Source: a virus. From it: 43,558 bases of DNA. Of the stretch, positions 23,043-30,262 are shown piece after piece. Location of the stretch: positions 1 through 43,558 of the IMG/VR virus record IMGVR_UViG_3300002461_000156. One strand, 5' to 3'. The notes under the pieces are model-generated. The model ran no database searches. It was not told the DNA's origin and worked only from the letters and a program-made list of their open reading frames with translations. The position numbers and the translations under genes were made by a program. The number at the start of each line of letters is the position of its first letter. The stretch's first letter is position 1.

Positions 23043-23208
23043 AGGCGGGACCATCCCGCGCTATGGCTGCCACAGTATTATATGTGTTGCTTCTGTCAAG
23101 CGTGTTGAGGCTGTTATACCCCCTCACCACCCTAGCGCGCGGTTTGTTTTAGGGGCCTGTACGGGCTTCCTAATGCGCAAGATTATTGCGCGAAGGCTAA
23201 AAACAGCA

Positions 23209-23243
23209 CTTAAAAGCAAAAAGCCCCGGATTTCGCCGGGGCT
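23209..23243 (-). terminator. Rho-independent terminator of the 23266..23678 transcription unit.
   Basis: The minus strand reads AGCCCCGG-CGAAAT-CCGGGGCT followed by TTTTTGCTTTT. It begins 23 nt after the stop at 23266. Confidence 0.75.
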
Positions 23244-23265
23244 TCGCTCGATCGTGTTTTAGGGT

Positions 23266-23469
23266 TTAGCGCATACGGTGATGCGCGAGCCCCATGGTGC
23301 GCTGGTCGTCAAATGGCTTCCACGCCTTAACCGCTTCTTCCTCGCTTGCGTAGCCGGCACCGACAGTGGCCCCTTTCAGGTGGTTATCTGTGCCCAGCCA
23401 AAAGCCGTTGGTGTGCTGGCGCGTCGTATACGTTACAAGCCTTGGTTTCTCGTCCTGATCGTTCACCAT
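23266..23469 (-). CDS. Hypothetical protein, 67 aa.
   Basis: The ORF track gives the frame. It overlaps the upstream gene by 7 nt. Confidence 0.6.
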   Translation of the reverse strand: MVNDQDEKPRLVTYTTRQHTNGFWLGTDNHLKGATVGAGYASEEEAVKAWKPFDDQRTMGLAHHRMR

Positions 23470-23678
23470 GGCGCACGATCCAGCATCACGACGAAAATGA
23501 ACGCTAGCAGCGTACCGATCCCCAAGGCAAGCAAGGTCTCGATCAGCAGCACCGCACCCTGCGAATACGCCTTCACAGGGTCAGGGAACCGGCTAACAGG
23601 CTCGCCGGCGTAGTCGCGGGGCGGATAGACGGGTTCGGTGCCACAGCCGGCCCAGTCGGTTTCAAATTCGGTGGTCAT
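23463..23678 (-). CDS. Hypothetical protein with a C-terminal TM segment, 71 aa.
   Basis: ATG 23678 is preceded by GGAGACTGCGAC. The hydrophobic segment is AVLLIETLLALGIGTLLAFIFVVML. Confidence 0.65.
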   Translation of the reverse strand: MTTEFETDWAGCGTEPVYPPRDYAGEPVSRFPDPVKAYSQGAVLLIETLLALGIGTLLAFIFVVMLDRAPW

Positions 23679-23690
23679 GTCGCAGTCTCC
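23679..23690 (-). promoter_or_regulatory. Conserved initiation cassette copy: GGAGACTGCGAC-ATG.
   Basis: The plus strand reads gtcgcagtctcc next to cat 23676-78. Confidence 0.75.
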
Positions 23691-23771
23691 TAGGCCCTAG
23701 GGGCCATTGCAAGCCGGTATGGCGTTGCGACGGCTAGGCAGGCGATTGTGCCCACCTAGCCTTGCGTAACG

Positions 23772-24104
23772 TCAGGCGACCGTGTTCTGGCGCGCGTCGG
23801 CCTTAGCGGCTTCAACGGTATCGAACGGGCCGTAGCGGAACCCGTCACCCTCGGGCAAACAGCCCGGCGTGCAGTACCACCAGAACCAGCCGCCCTTGAT
23901 GCCATGTTCTGCAACCATGGCCGACAGCATGGCTTCGCGCGTCCGGCTGTTCATGGTCGCAAGCCGGTATTCTCGCTGGCGCAGATATTCTTGCACCAAG
24001 TCTTCGTCTGCCGCCGCCACTTCTTCGGCAGTCATCTCGAGCACTTCAACGTCCGGCAGAGCGTGCGGATCGTTTTCGCGGGTTGGATCAGAATAGAATT
24101 GCAT
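23772..24104 (-). CDS. Hypothetical acidic early protein, 110 aa. It is the first gene after the AT-rich region.
   Basis: ATG 24104 is preceded by GGAGACTGCGAC. Confidence 0.65.
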   Translation of the reverse strand: MQFYSDPTRENDPHALPDVEVLEMTAEEVAAADEDLVQEYLRQREYRLATMNSRTREAMLSAMVAEHGIKGGWFWWYCTPGCLPEGDGFRYGPFDTVEAAKADARQNTVA

Positions 24105-24116
24105 GTCGCAGTCTCC
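24105..24116 (-). promoter_or_regulatory. Conserved initiation cassette copy: GGAGACTGCGAC-ATG.
   Basis: The plus strand reads gtcgcagtctcc next to cat 24102-04. Confidence 0.75.
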
Positions 24117-25090
24117 GTTTAAGCGCTGAGATATGCAGCGCGGGTATGGTTGTCTCACGATCCGGCCATAGTGTCAACGCCACAATTGATGGCATAAAAC
24201 AGTTAAAATTTAGTTAAGCGATTTCAAGCCTTTAAGTGGAGTGAATGTTCAGTTAGTTTCATGTGCAACCGGTTGCGCTCTTGGTTTGTTCACTGTTACC
24301 GACCAGTCTGCGCCACATTTCGAACACCAAATGTCTTACCTCCTAAGCCATTGATAAGGCTCGATAAAGTGAATGGTGCAGGGCAATAAAAGTGCGGTAA
24401 GACACTGCGGCTGTAGGACAACTAAACTTTTAGTTTGCAAGTGTATGAAATGTTTAGGGTTTTAGACGTGACACAATAAAGCCATGAAATCCTACACGGG
24501 CAATGGTTGCAAATGTAAGGCAGAGCATTTGCGCGATTAGTTACAAATGAAACTAGTCAAACCTTTTTAACGCCTTTAGAAAGAAAAACTAAAGCATAAC
24601 ACCCCTTCCTGGTCGTATGGTTTCGCTGTGATATCAACCCTTTACCAGCACCTCCGGCTAAGACAGTGCAGGCGGCACCCATTTGCACTGCACCATTTCC
24701 TAAATAACTTAATCATTTCATAGTGTTGCGCGACTTACCTAGTAAGACACGCGAGGCATTTCATTGTGCAGTGCAAACTTTGGGAAATGTGGCGGGGACT
24801 ACCCGAGTTTTGAAATTTTAAGCCGACCTGCTCAATCCGTAAGCACATTTAGTTCCATCTCAACACACTTAACATGCTTGATTTGCATACCTCAAATTTC
24901 GCACCGCACAACGTCGTTCGTTACGCACCCGAAACGATTAACTATATGATCTCATTGCTAAAAAACATAGCTTGCAACTTTATTGCGCGACCCGGCGATG
25001 TTCCATAATATAGTGATAGTGTATCAATTCGCTGCGGTGCAGCACAAAAAGAGGTAACTAAACACCGCCAAAAATAGGATTAACGTCCTA

Positions 25091-25127
25091 AAAACGCGAA
25101 AAAACGCCGGTGGTATACCAGCGTTTT
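25091..25127 (-). terminator. Bidirectional rho-independent terminator downstream of the 25162..25587 gene.
   Basis: AAAACGC-CGG-TGGTATACCA-GCGTTTT is followed by T-runs on both strands. The minus strand continues TTCGCGTTTTT and the plus strand continues CTCTT after GCGTTTT. A second, weaker hairpin (TAGGAC-GTTA-ATCCTA plus TTTTT) lies at 25070-25090 on the minus strand. Confidence 0.65.
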
Positions 25128-25161
25128 CTCTTAGCGCAGAAGCCTTTATGTAGAGTTAGGC

Positions 25162-25587
25162 TTAGGCGGGCGTGACAACCTCGGCCAAATTCATGCCGCC
25201 AGCCTTGTTGAACACCAGTTCGAGCACGCTACCGTCGTCGGCCTTCGTGATCGACAGGCGCATCAGGTTTGCCTCGCTGACAGGACGGAAGTCGAGCACA
25301 GCCCACGCCTTACCTGCGTCGTCCCGGCATGTGACGGTCTGGCTGGCGATGGTGAACGGGATCGGACCGCCCGGTGCGACGTCGAACTTCATGGCTTCGC
25401 GGGTCGGCGCAGGCGTGGGTTCCGGGGCGGTGTCAGCCACGGGCGCAGCTTCTGCCGTCGGCTTCACGTTCGGGTCGCCGTCGTCCTGCGCGGCCGACTT
25501 CTTCAGGCTCTCGGTGGTCGTGATCTTGCTCGGCGGCGCGGAAGGTGGGTTCTTCGCCTCCGGCACCTTTTTCGTTTCTTCAACCAT
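25162..25587 (-). CDS. Hypothetical early protein, 141 aa. The N-terminal half is Pro/Ala/Lys-rich and looks disordered; the C-terminal ~75 aa looks globular.
   Basis: ATG 25587 is preceded by GGAGACTACGA. It forms its own unit between the divergent intergenic region and the tandem terminators. Confidence 0.7.
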   Translation of the reverse strand: MVEETKKVPEAKNPPSAPPSKITTTESLKKSAAQDDGDPNVKPTAEAAPVADTAPEPTPAPTREAMKFDVAPGGPIPFTIASQTVTCRDDAGKAWAVLDFRPVSEANLMRLSITKADDGSVLELVFNKAGGMNLAEVVTPA

Positions 25588-25598
25588 TCGTAGTCTCC
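25588..25598 (-). promoter_or_regulatory. Conserved initiation cassette variant: GGAGACTACGA-ATG.
   Basis: The plus strand reads tcgtagtctcc next to cat 25585-87. Confidence 0.65.
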
Positions 25599-25657
25599 AT
25601 GGACCGGGCCTATCCCGGTGGCTTGTAATCTACCCGAGCCCCGCTTAGGTTCCTACT

Positions 25658-25689
25658 CGGTAGCCTGGGGCGAAAGCCTGCGGCTACTG
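25658..25689 (+). promoter_or_regulatory. Stem-loop capped by a GAAA tetraloop in the leader of the late arm.
   Basis: GTAGCC 25660-65 pairs with GGCTAC 25682-87. After a 2x2 internal loop comes GGGC-GAAA-GCCT. Flanking CTAC..GTAG mini-hairpins offer alternative pairings. Confidence 0.4.
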
Positions 25690-25810
25690 CCGTAGCCCAC
25701 CAGCCTCGGCACCCGCGGCGGCCGTGCATTGGTTTCTCGCAGTCTCCCTTGGACGCCCCGCGGGCTTAGCTTCTGACCGACTTGCGTATTCCTCCCTCCT
25801 TCCAAACTTG

Positions 25811-25844
25811 CTACCCTCCGGGCCTGAACGCTCCCGGAGGGTAG
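25811..25844 (+). promoter_or_regulatory. Perfect 12-bp hairpin that sequesters the Shine-Dalgarno of the first late gene. It could also act as an attenuator.
   Basis: The sequence is CTACCCTCCGGG-cctgaacgct-CCCGGAGGGTAG followed by ATTTTC and ATG 25851. The GGAGGG in the 3' arm is the only SD candidate. Confidence 0.6.
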
Positions 25845-25850
25845 ATTTTC

Positions 25851-26054
25851 ATGGACATGCAGCCCGTACAAAGTTCGAACCTGGACGCGGTGGGGTACGA
25901 CCCTGACACCCAGACGCTGGCTATCCGCTTCAAGTCGGGTCGGACCTACGAGTACGGCTCGGTTCCGGAGAGCGAGTATCAGGCGCTGATCTCGGCAGGG
26001 TCTGTCGGCCAGTATTTCAGCCAGAACATCAAAGGCGTTTACGCGGAGAAGTAG
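25851..26054 (+). CDS. KTSC-domain protein, 67 aa.
   Basis: VQSSNLDAVGYDPDTQTLAIRFKSGRTYEYGSVPESEYQALISAGSVGQYFSQNIKG matches the KTSC domain pattern (SSNI.AVGYD...L.V.F..G..Y.Y..VP...Y..L....S.G.YF...I). Confidence 0.75.
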   Translation: MDMQPVQSSNLDAVGYDPDTQTLAIRFKSGRTYEYGSVPESEYQALISAGSVGQYFSQNIKGVYAEK

Positions 26055-28057
26055 TGGACGCTCGCCAGCAGGTCATCCTCGAACTAGGGCAGAACCGTCG
26101 GCTGGCGCACCAGACGCTGTTCAAGGCGCGGCATCCTGACGCAACGCCGGACTTTCACTACCGCATCATCGACCGCTGGCATTCGCCCTGCGAGAAGTAT
26201 CTGGCGGGTGCGTTCCGGGGCGGGGCGAAATCGACGCTCGGCGAAGAAGCGACCGTGATCGGTGCGCTCTACCGGGAGTTCAACAACTGCGTGATTTTGG
26301 GGGAGAGCCAGCCGCGTGCGAACGAGCGTCTCGCTTCGATCAAGAATGAGTTCGAGAACAATGAAATCATTGAGGAATTGTTCGGCTCCATGGTCGGCTC
26401 GACGTGGAACGAGGACAAGATAGTCCTGTCGAACGGCGTGTGCATACAGGCGGCCGGCCGGGGGGTGAGCCTGCGCGGCATGAAGCATCTGGACCACCGG
26501 CCCGAAATGCTGTTTTGCGACGACATGGAGAATGAGGAAGCAGTCCACACGCCCGAGGCGCGGGCGAAAATGCTGCGCTACTGGACCGCGACGGTGCTGC
26601 CGGCGCTGGCCCCGCCGGGGCGCCGCAAGATCAGGATGACAGCCACGCCCCTCGACCCGGAGGCACTTGCTGTTGCGTTCGCGAAGGATCCGAACTGGAA
26701 CCCGAGCATTTTCCCGATTATGTTCCAGCACGAAGACGGGGTGCAGGTCGACGGACTTCCGAACGGGCTATGGGTCGCGACGTGGCCGGACCGGTTCCCG
26801 CTTGAGAAAATAGCCGAGATCCTGCGCGAGTTCGCGCGCCTGGGGAACCTGCAAGAATTCGCGCAGGAGTATATGTGGGAAGCCGTGGACCCATCCAGCA
26901 AGCAATTTACGCACGACATGATCCGGGTCCGGCCGCATGTGCGTTCGATCTATCCGACCTACGGCGTCTATGACCCGGCGCGCACGGTGAAGGTCGCGAC
27001 GTCCTCGCACACGGGCAAGGTTGTCGCGTCGTGGATAGGCCCGAAGCTGGTGGTGTGGGAGGGGTCCGGGCACTTCTGGAAGCCTGACGAGATCGTGAAC
27101 GACATGTTCCGGGTGAACCAGGAGTTCGCGCCGGTCGCGATTGGGGTCGAGGAAGACGGGCTTCACGAGTTCATCATGCAGCCGATCCGGCAGGCGCAGT
27201 TGACGCGGGGCGAGTTGTTGCCGGTCCGCGCGCTCAAGGCGCCGAAGGGCAAGGACGATTTTATCAAGTCGCTTCAGCCGTTTTTCATGGCGCAGGAAGT
27301 CGAGTTCGCGGTCGAGTGCCCGGACCTGAAAGAGCAGTTGCTGGCGTTCCCGACCGGCCGGAAGGACGTGCCGAACGCGCTTGCCTACTTCCTGAAGATG
27401 CGGCCGGGGCGGCCGATGTATGACGGCTTCGCCGTGCTGAATGTGGTCGAGGGGCTGAAGCTGTCGGCGAAAGTGGCGCCTTATCTTTTGCTGAACAGCG
27501 ACAAGGGCATAACGACGGGTGTTTTGACGCAGTTCGTGGACGGCAGCTTGCACATTTTGGCGGACTGGGTGCGCGAGGGGGATGCCGGCGACGTGCTCGG
27601 CGACATGGTGCAGGAGGCTGCGATCGAGGCGCAGATGCCGCCGAAGAAAATCCGCGTGATGGCGGGGCCGAAACACTTCAAGGAATTCGACACGATCGGG
27701 CTTCGTGCTGCATCACGCAAAGCGAGCGTTACGCTTGCGGTCGGCGGCGCGGAGAGTGTCGGGCGCGAGGAAATCCGGAAGCTGTTCCGGCTTATGCCGC
27801 ACGGGTTGCCCGGCGTGCAGATCAACCCGAACGCGCGCTGGGTCGTGAACGGGCTCTCGGCGGGCTATGCGCGCGAGGTTACGAAAGCAGGCGTGCTCAC
27901 GGAATTCGCGGCCGATAACGTCTATAAGACGCTGATGGAAGGCATCGAGACGTTCGGGGCGCTGCTGCAAAATCCCGAGATCGAGGATACTGACGCGGAC
28001 CGGAATTACGCCTATACACCTAACGGCCGACGCTTTTTGTCGTCGCGTGCCGTGTAG
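26054..28057 (+). CDS. terL: Terminase large subunit, 667 aa.
   Basis: Walker A-like FRGGAKSTLGEE and Walker B-like MLFCDDMENEE are present. The size fits, and the gene lies immediately upstream of the portal gene. GTG 26054 overlaps the upstream TAG. Confidence 0.8.
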   Translation: MDARQQVILELGQNRRLAHQTLFKARHPDATPDFHYRIIDRWHSPCEKYLAGAFRGGAKSTLGEEATVIGALYREFNNCVILGESQPRANERLASIKNEFENNEIIEELFGSMVGSTWNEDKIVLSNGVCIQAAGRGVSLRGMKHLDHRPEMLFCDDMENEEAVHTPEARAKMLRYWTATVLPALAPPGRRKIRMTATPLDPEALAVAFAKDPNWNPSIFPIMFQHEDGVQVDGLPNGLWVATWPDRFPLEKIAEILREFARLGNLQEFAQEYMWEAVDPSSKQFTHDMIRVRPHVRSIYPTYGVYDPARTVKVATSSHTGKVVASWIGPKLVVWEGSGHFWKPDEIVNDMFRVNQEFAPVAIGVEEDGLHEFIMQPIRQAQLTRGELLPVRALKAPKGKDDFIKSLQPFFMAQEVEFAVECPDLKEQLLAFPTGRKDVPNALAYFLKMRPGRPMYDGFAVLNVVEGLKLSAKVAPYLLLNSDKGITTGVLTQFVDGSLHILADWVREGDAGDVLGDMVQEAAIEAQMPPKKIRVMAGPKHFKEFDTIGLRAASRKASVTLAVGGAESVGREEIRKLFRLMPHGLPGVQINPNARWVVNGLSAGYAREVTKAGVLTEFAADNVYKTLMEGIETFGALLQNPEIEDTDADRNYAYTPNGRRFLSSRAV

Positions 28058-28069
28058 TGGGGGATTGCC

Positions 28070-30253
28070 TTGGCCGACGAAGTAGACGTCGAAGACGAGA
28101 TCGACGAGGTTGAGGACACGCTGGTCCGGCGCAAACTCACGCGCGCCGACGACATTTCGAACAAGCCGGGCGTGAAGAAGGCTATTCTCGACAAGCTGGC
28201 CGACGTCCAGCAGGGCTTCACCGACCAGCAGGAACGTTCGAACGACATTGTGGACTACTGGTCCGCGTACAACTGCGAACTCGGTCCCAAGCAATTCTAT
28301 TCCGGCAACTCGAAAATCTTCGTGCCGCTGATCCACCAGGCGGTGAACGCGCGCATCACGCGCTTCACGAACCAGATGTTCCCGATGTCGGGCAGGTATG
28401 TTGACGTAACCAGCCAGAACCAGGACTTGCCGCACGCGATGACCGCGCTGCTCGAGCACTACGTGCGCAAGGCCCAGATGCGGACGAAAGTTGCCGCGGC
28501 GCTGATTAAGAACGGCGATATTGAGGGGCAGTACACGGTCTGCGTGGGTTGGCAGAAGGTCGAGCGCCACGTCGTGTACCGCACGAAAAACACCCCGCAA
28601 GTCGATGGGGACATTGATATTCCGGGCGCCGAGGCAGGCGAGGAAATCGAGGATATTGTCGAGGAAACGATCGTCCGGCAGAACCCGACGGTCGAGGTTG
28701 TTGCCGACACGGACTTCCTCGTTCTCCCGCAGACGGCCGACACGATCGACGAAGCGCTCGCGGCCGGCGGCTCGGTGACGATCATGCGCCGCTGGGGCAA
28801 GGCAAAAATCCGCCAGATGATCCGGGACGGGCTGATCGACAAGAAGGCCGGGCAGGACTTCCTGAAAGCGATGACCGGCCGCGCGTCGGACCCGAACCGC
28901 AACGATACCGCGCGCAACAACCTCGACGCCGCGGGCATTCGCATGCAGGACGGCGGGCAGGCTATCGCGCAGGTGTTCGAGACGTGGACGAACCTGAAGG
29001 TCGAGGGCGAGACGCGGCTATGTGTCGCATACGGCGCGGGCGAGGATAATATCCTTGGCGTGCGCCGCAACCCGTATTGGTCCGACCGCTGCCCGATTTT
29101 CTCCGCGCCGGTCGAGAAAGTAGCGGGCGTGTTCAAAGGCCAGTCGAAGCTGAAGTTCTGCGTCGACATGCAGTACGCCGCGAACGATGCGGTGAACGAG
29201 GCCATGGACAGCGCGGCCTACGCGCTCATGCCGATCGTGATGACGGACCCGGCGAAGAACCCGCGCATCGGGTCGATGGTCCTGAACATGGCGGCGATCT
29301 GGGAAACCAGCCCGCAGGACACGCAGTTTGCAAACTTCCCCGCGCTTTGGAAGGACGGGTTCGAGATCGTGTCGGCAGCTAAGGAAAGCATTTTCGAGAG
29401 CCTGAGCGTCAATCCGGCGATGATGACGCGGCAGGGTTCGATGAAGCGGCTGAACCAGGCCGAGGTTGCGAACGAGCAGCAGGTCGACATTCTCACGACA
29501 GCCGACGCGGTGACGATCCTCGAAGAAGGCATCCTCACGCCGTTGCTGTCGTTCTGGGTCGAACTAGACCACCAGTACCGCGAGGACGATGTGTATGTGC
29601 GCCAGTACGGCGACATGGGCGTGCGCGCGGTGCTCGAGAAGATCACGCCGATCCAGATGGGCGAGCGCTTCACATTCCAGTGGGCGGGCGTCGAGGCCGC
29701 GCGCAACGCGCAGCAGATCCAGACGCAGGTGGGTGCGATCAACGTGCTCCGCGGCATACCGCCGCAGCAGTACCCTGGCTACCGGCTGAACCTGATCCCG
29801 GTCATCACCACGCTGGTCGAGAACGTGTTTGGCCCGCGCATCGGCCCGCTGACGTTTGAGAACGTCAAAGACCAAATGTCGCTGGATGCGAAGATGGAGA
29901 ACCGGATGCTGGCGGAAGGTTTCGACCTCGACCCGCACCCGTTCGACAACGACATGCAGCACATTCAGGAGCACATGGCCGAGTTTCAGGCGACCGGCGA
30001 TCCGAGTGGCGCGATCCGCGCGCATATCCAGAAGCACCAGCAGGCGGCGCAGGAGAAAGCGAAGATGCAGATGCAAATGCAGCTTCAGCAGCAGGGTGGC
30101 ATGCCGGGTGTGCCGGGCGGTGGCGGGCAGCCGGGAGTTGCGGGAACGCCGCGGCCCGGCGCGATGCCGGAAATGCCGCGCCAGAACGGCGGCTTCGCAG
30201 GCGCTATTCATCCGGATAGTATGAACGATCCTTCAGTGATGCCGCGGCAATAG
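28070..30253 (+). CDS. Portal protein, 727 aa.
   Basis: The call rests on position directly after the terminase gene, size, an acidic N-terminus and a Gly/Pro/Gln-rich C-terminal tail. TTG 28070 has GGGGGA upstream. Confidence 0.7.
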   Translation: MADEVDVEDEIDEVEDTLVRRKLTRADDISNKPGVKKAILDKLADVQQGFTDQQERSNDIVDYWSAYNCELGPKQFYSGNSKIFVPLIHQAVNARITRFTNQMFPMSGRYVDVTSQNQDLPHAMTALLEHYVRKAQMRTKVAAALIKNGDIEGQYTVCVGWQKVERHVVYRTKNTPQVDGDIDIPGAEAGEEIEDIVEETIVRQNPTVEVVADTDFLVLPQTADTIDEALAAGGSVTIMRRWGKAKIRQMIRDGLIDKKAGQDFLKAMTGRASDPNRNDTARNNLDAAGIRMQDGGQAIAQVFETWTNLKVEGETRLCVAYGAGEDNILGVRRNPYWSDRCPIFSAPVEKVAGVFKGQSKLKFCVDMQYAANDAVNEAMDSAAYALMPIVMTDPAKNPRIGSMVLNMAAIWETSPQDTQFANFPALWKDGFEIVSAAKESIFESLSVNPAMMTRQGSMKRLNQAEVANEQQVDILTTADAVTILEEGILTPLLSFWVELDHQYREDDVYVRQYGDMGVRAVLEKITPIQMGERFTFQWAGVEAARNAQQIQTQVGAINVLRGIPPQQYPGYRLNLIPVITTLVENVFGPRIGPLTFENVKDQMSLDAKMENRMLAEGFDLDPHPFDNDMQHIQEHMAEFQATGDPSGAIRAHIQKHQQAAQEKAKMQMQMQLQQQGGMPGVPGGGGQPGVAGTPRPGAMPEMPRQNGGFAGAIHPDSMNDPSVMPRQ

Positions 30254-30262
30254 GGGAAGCAG

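Larger units (their letters stand above)
24105..25161. other. AT-rich, ORF-free control region of about 1.06 kb. It is a candidate early promoter, origin or ncRNA region.
   Basis: The only ORF of 60 aa or more is 24764..24949, which has an implausible composition. G+C is visibly low: nt 24181-24240 has 19 G+C in 60 nt. Short repeats are dispersed through it (see findings). Confidence 0.6.

Noticed and set aside
23066-23088. A TTGACA ... TATAAT pair on the minus strand upstream of gene 22584..23030, considered as a canonical sigma70 promoter.
   Set aside because: The hexamers are only 11 nt apart, not 16-18. The perfect TATAAT may still be a -10 element, but the pair cannot be called a standard promoter.
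24669-24686. A sigma-54 promoter-like GGCAC-N-TTGCA in the AT-rich island (cGGCACCcatTTGCA).
   Set aside because: The GG-to-GC spacing is one nt shorter than the strict -24/-12 spacing, and I saw no enhancer-binding protein gene.
24764-24949. The 61-aa plus-strand ORF, the only track ORF inside the AT-rich island.
   Set aside because: It has no Shine-Dalgarno, its Cys/Ser/Thr-rich composition is atypical, and its orientation opposes the flanking operon.
25610-25729. A 39-codon minus-strand ORF downstream of the orphan initiation-cassette copy at 25738-48.
   Set aside because: The ATG lies 14 nt from the GGAGA, which is too far. The product is Arg/Gly/Trp-rich, and the region is better explained as structured leader RNA.
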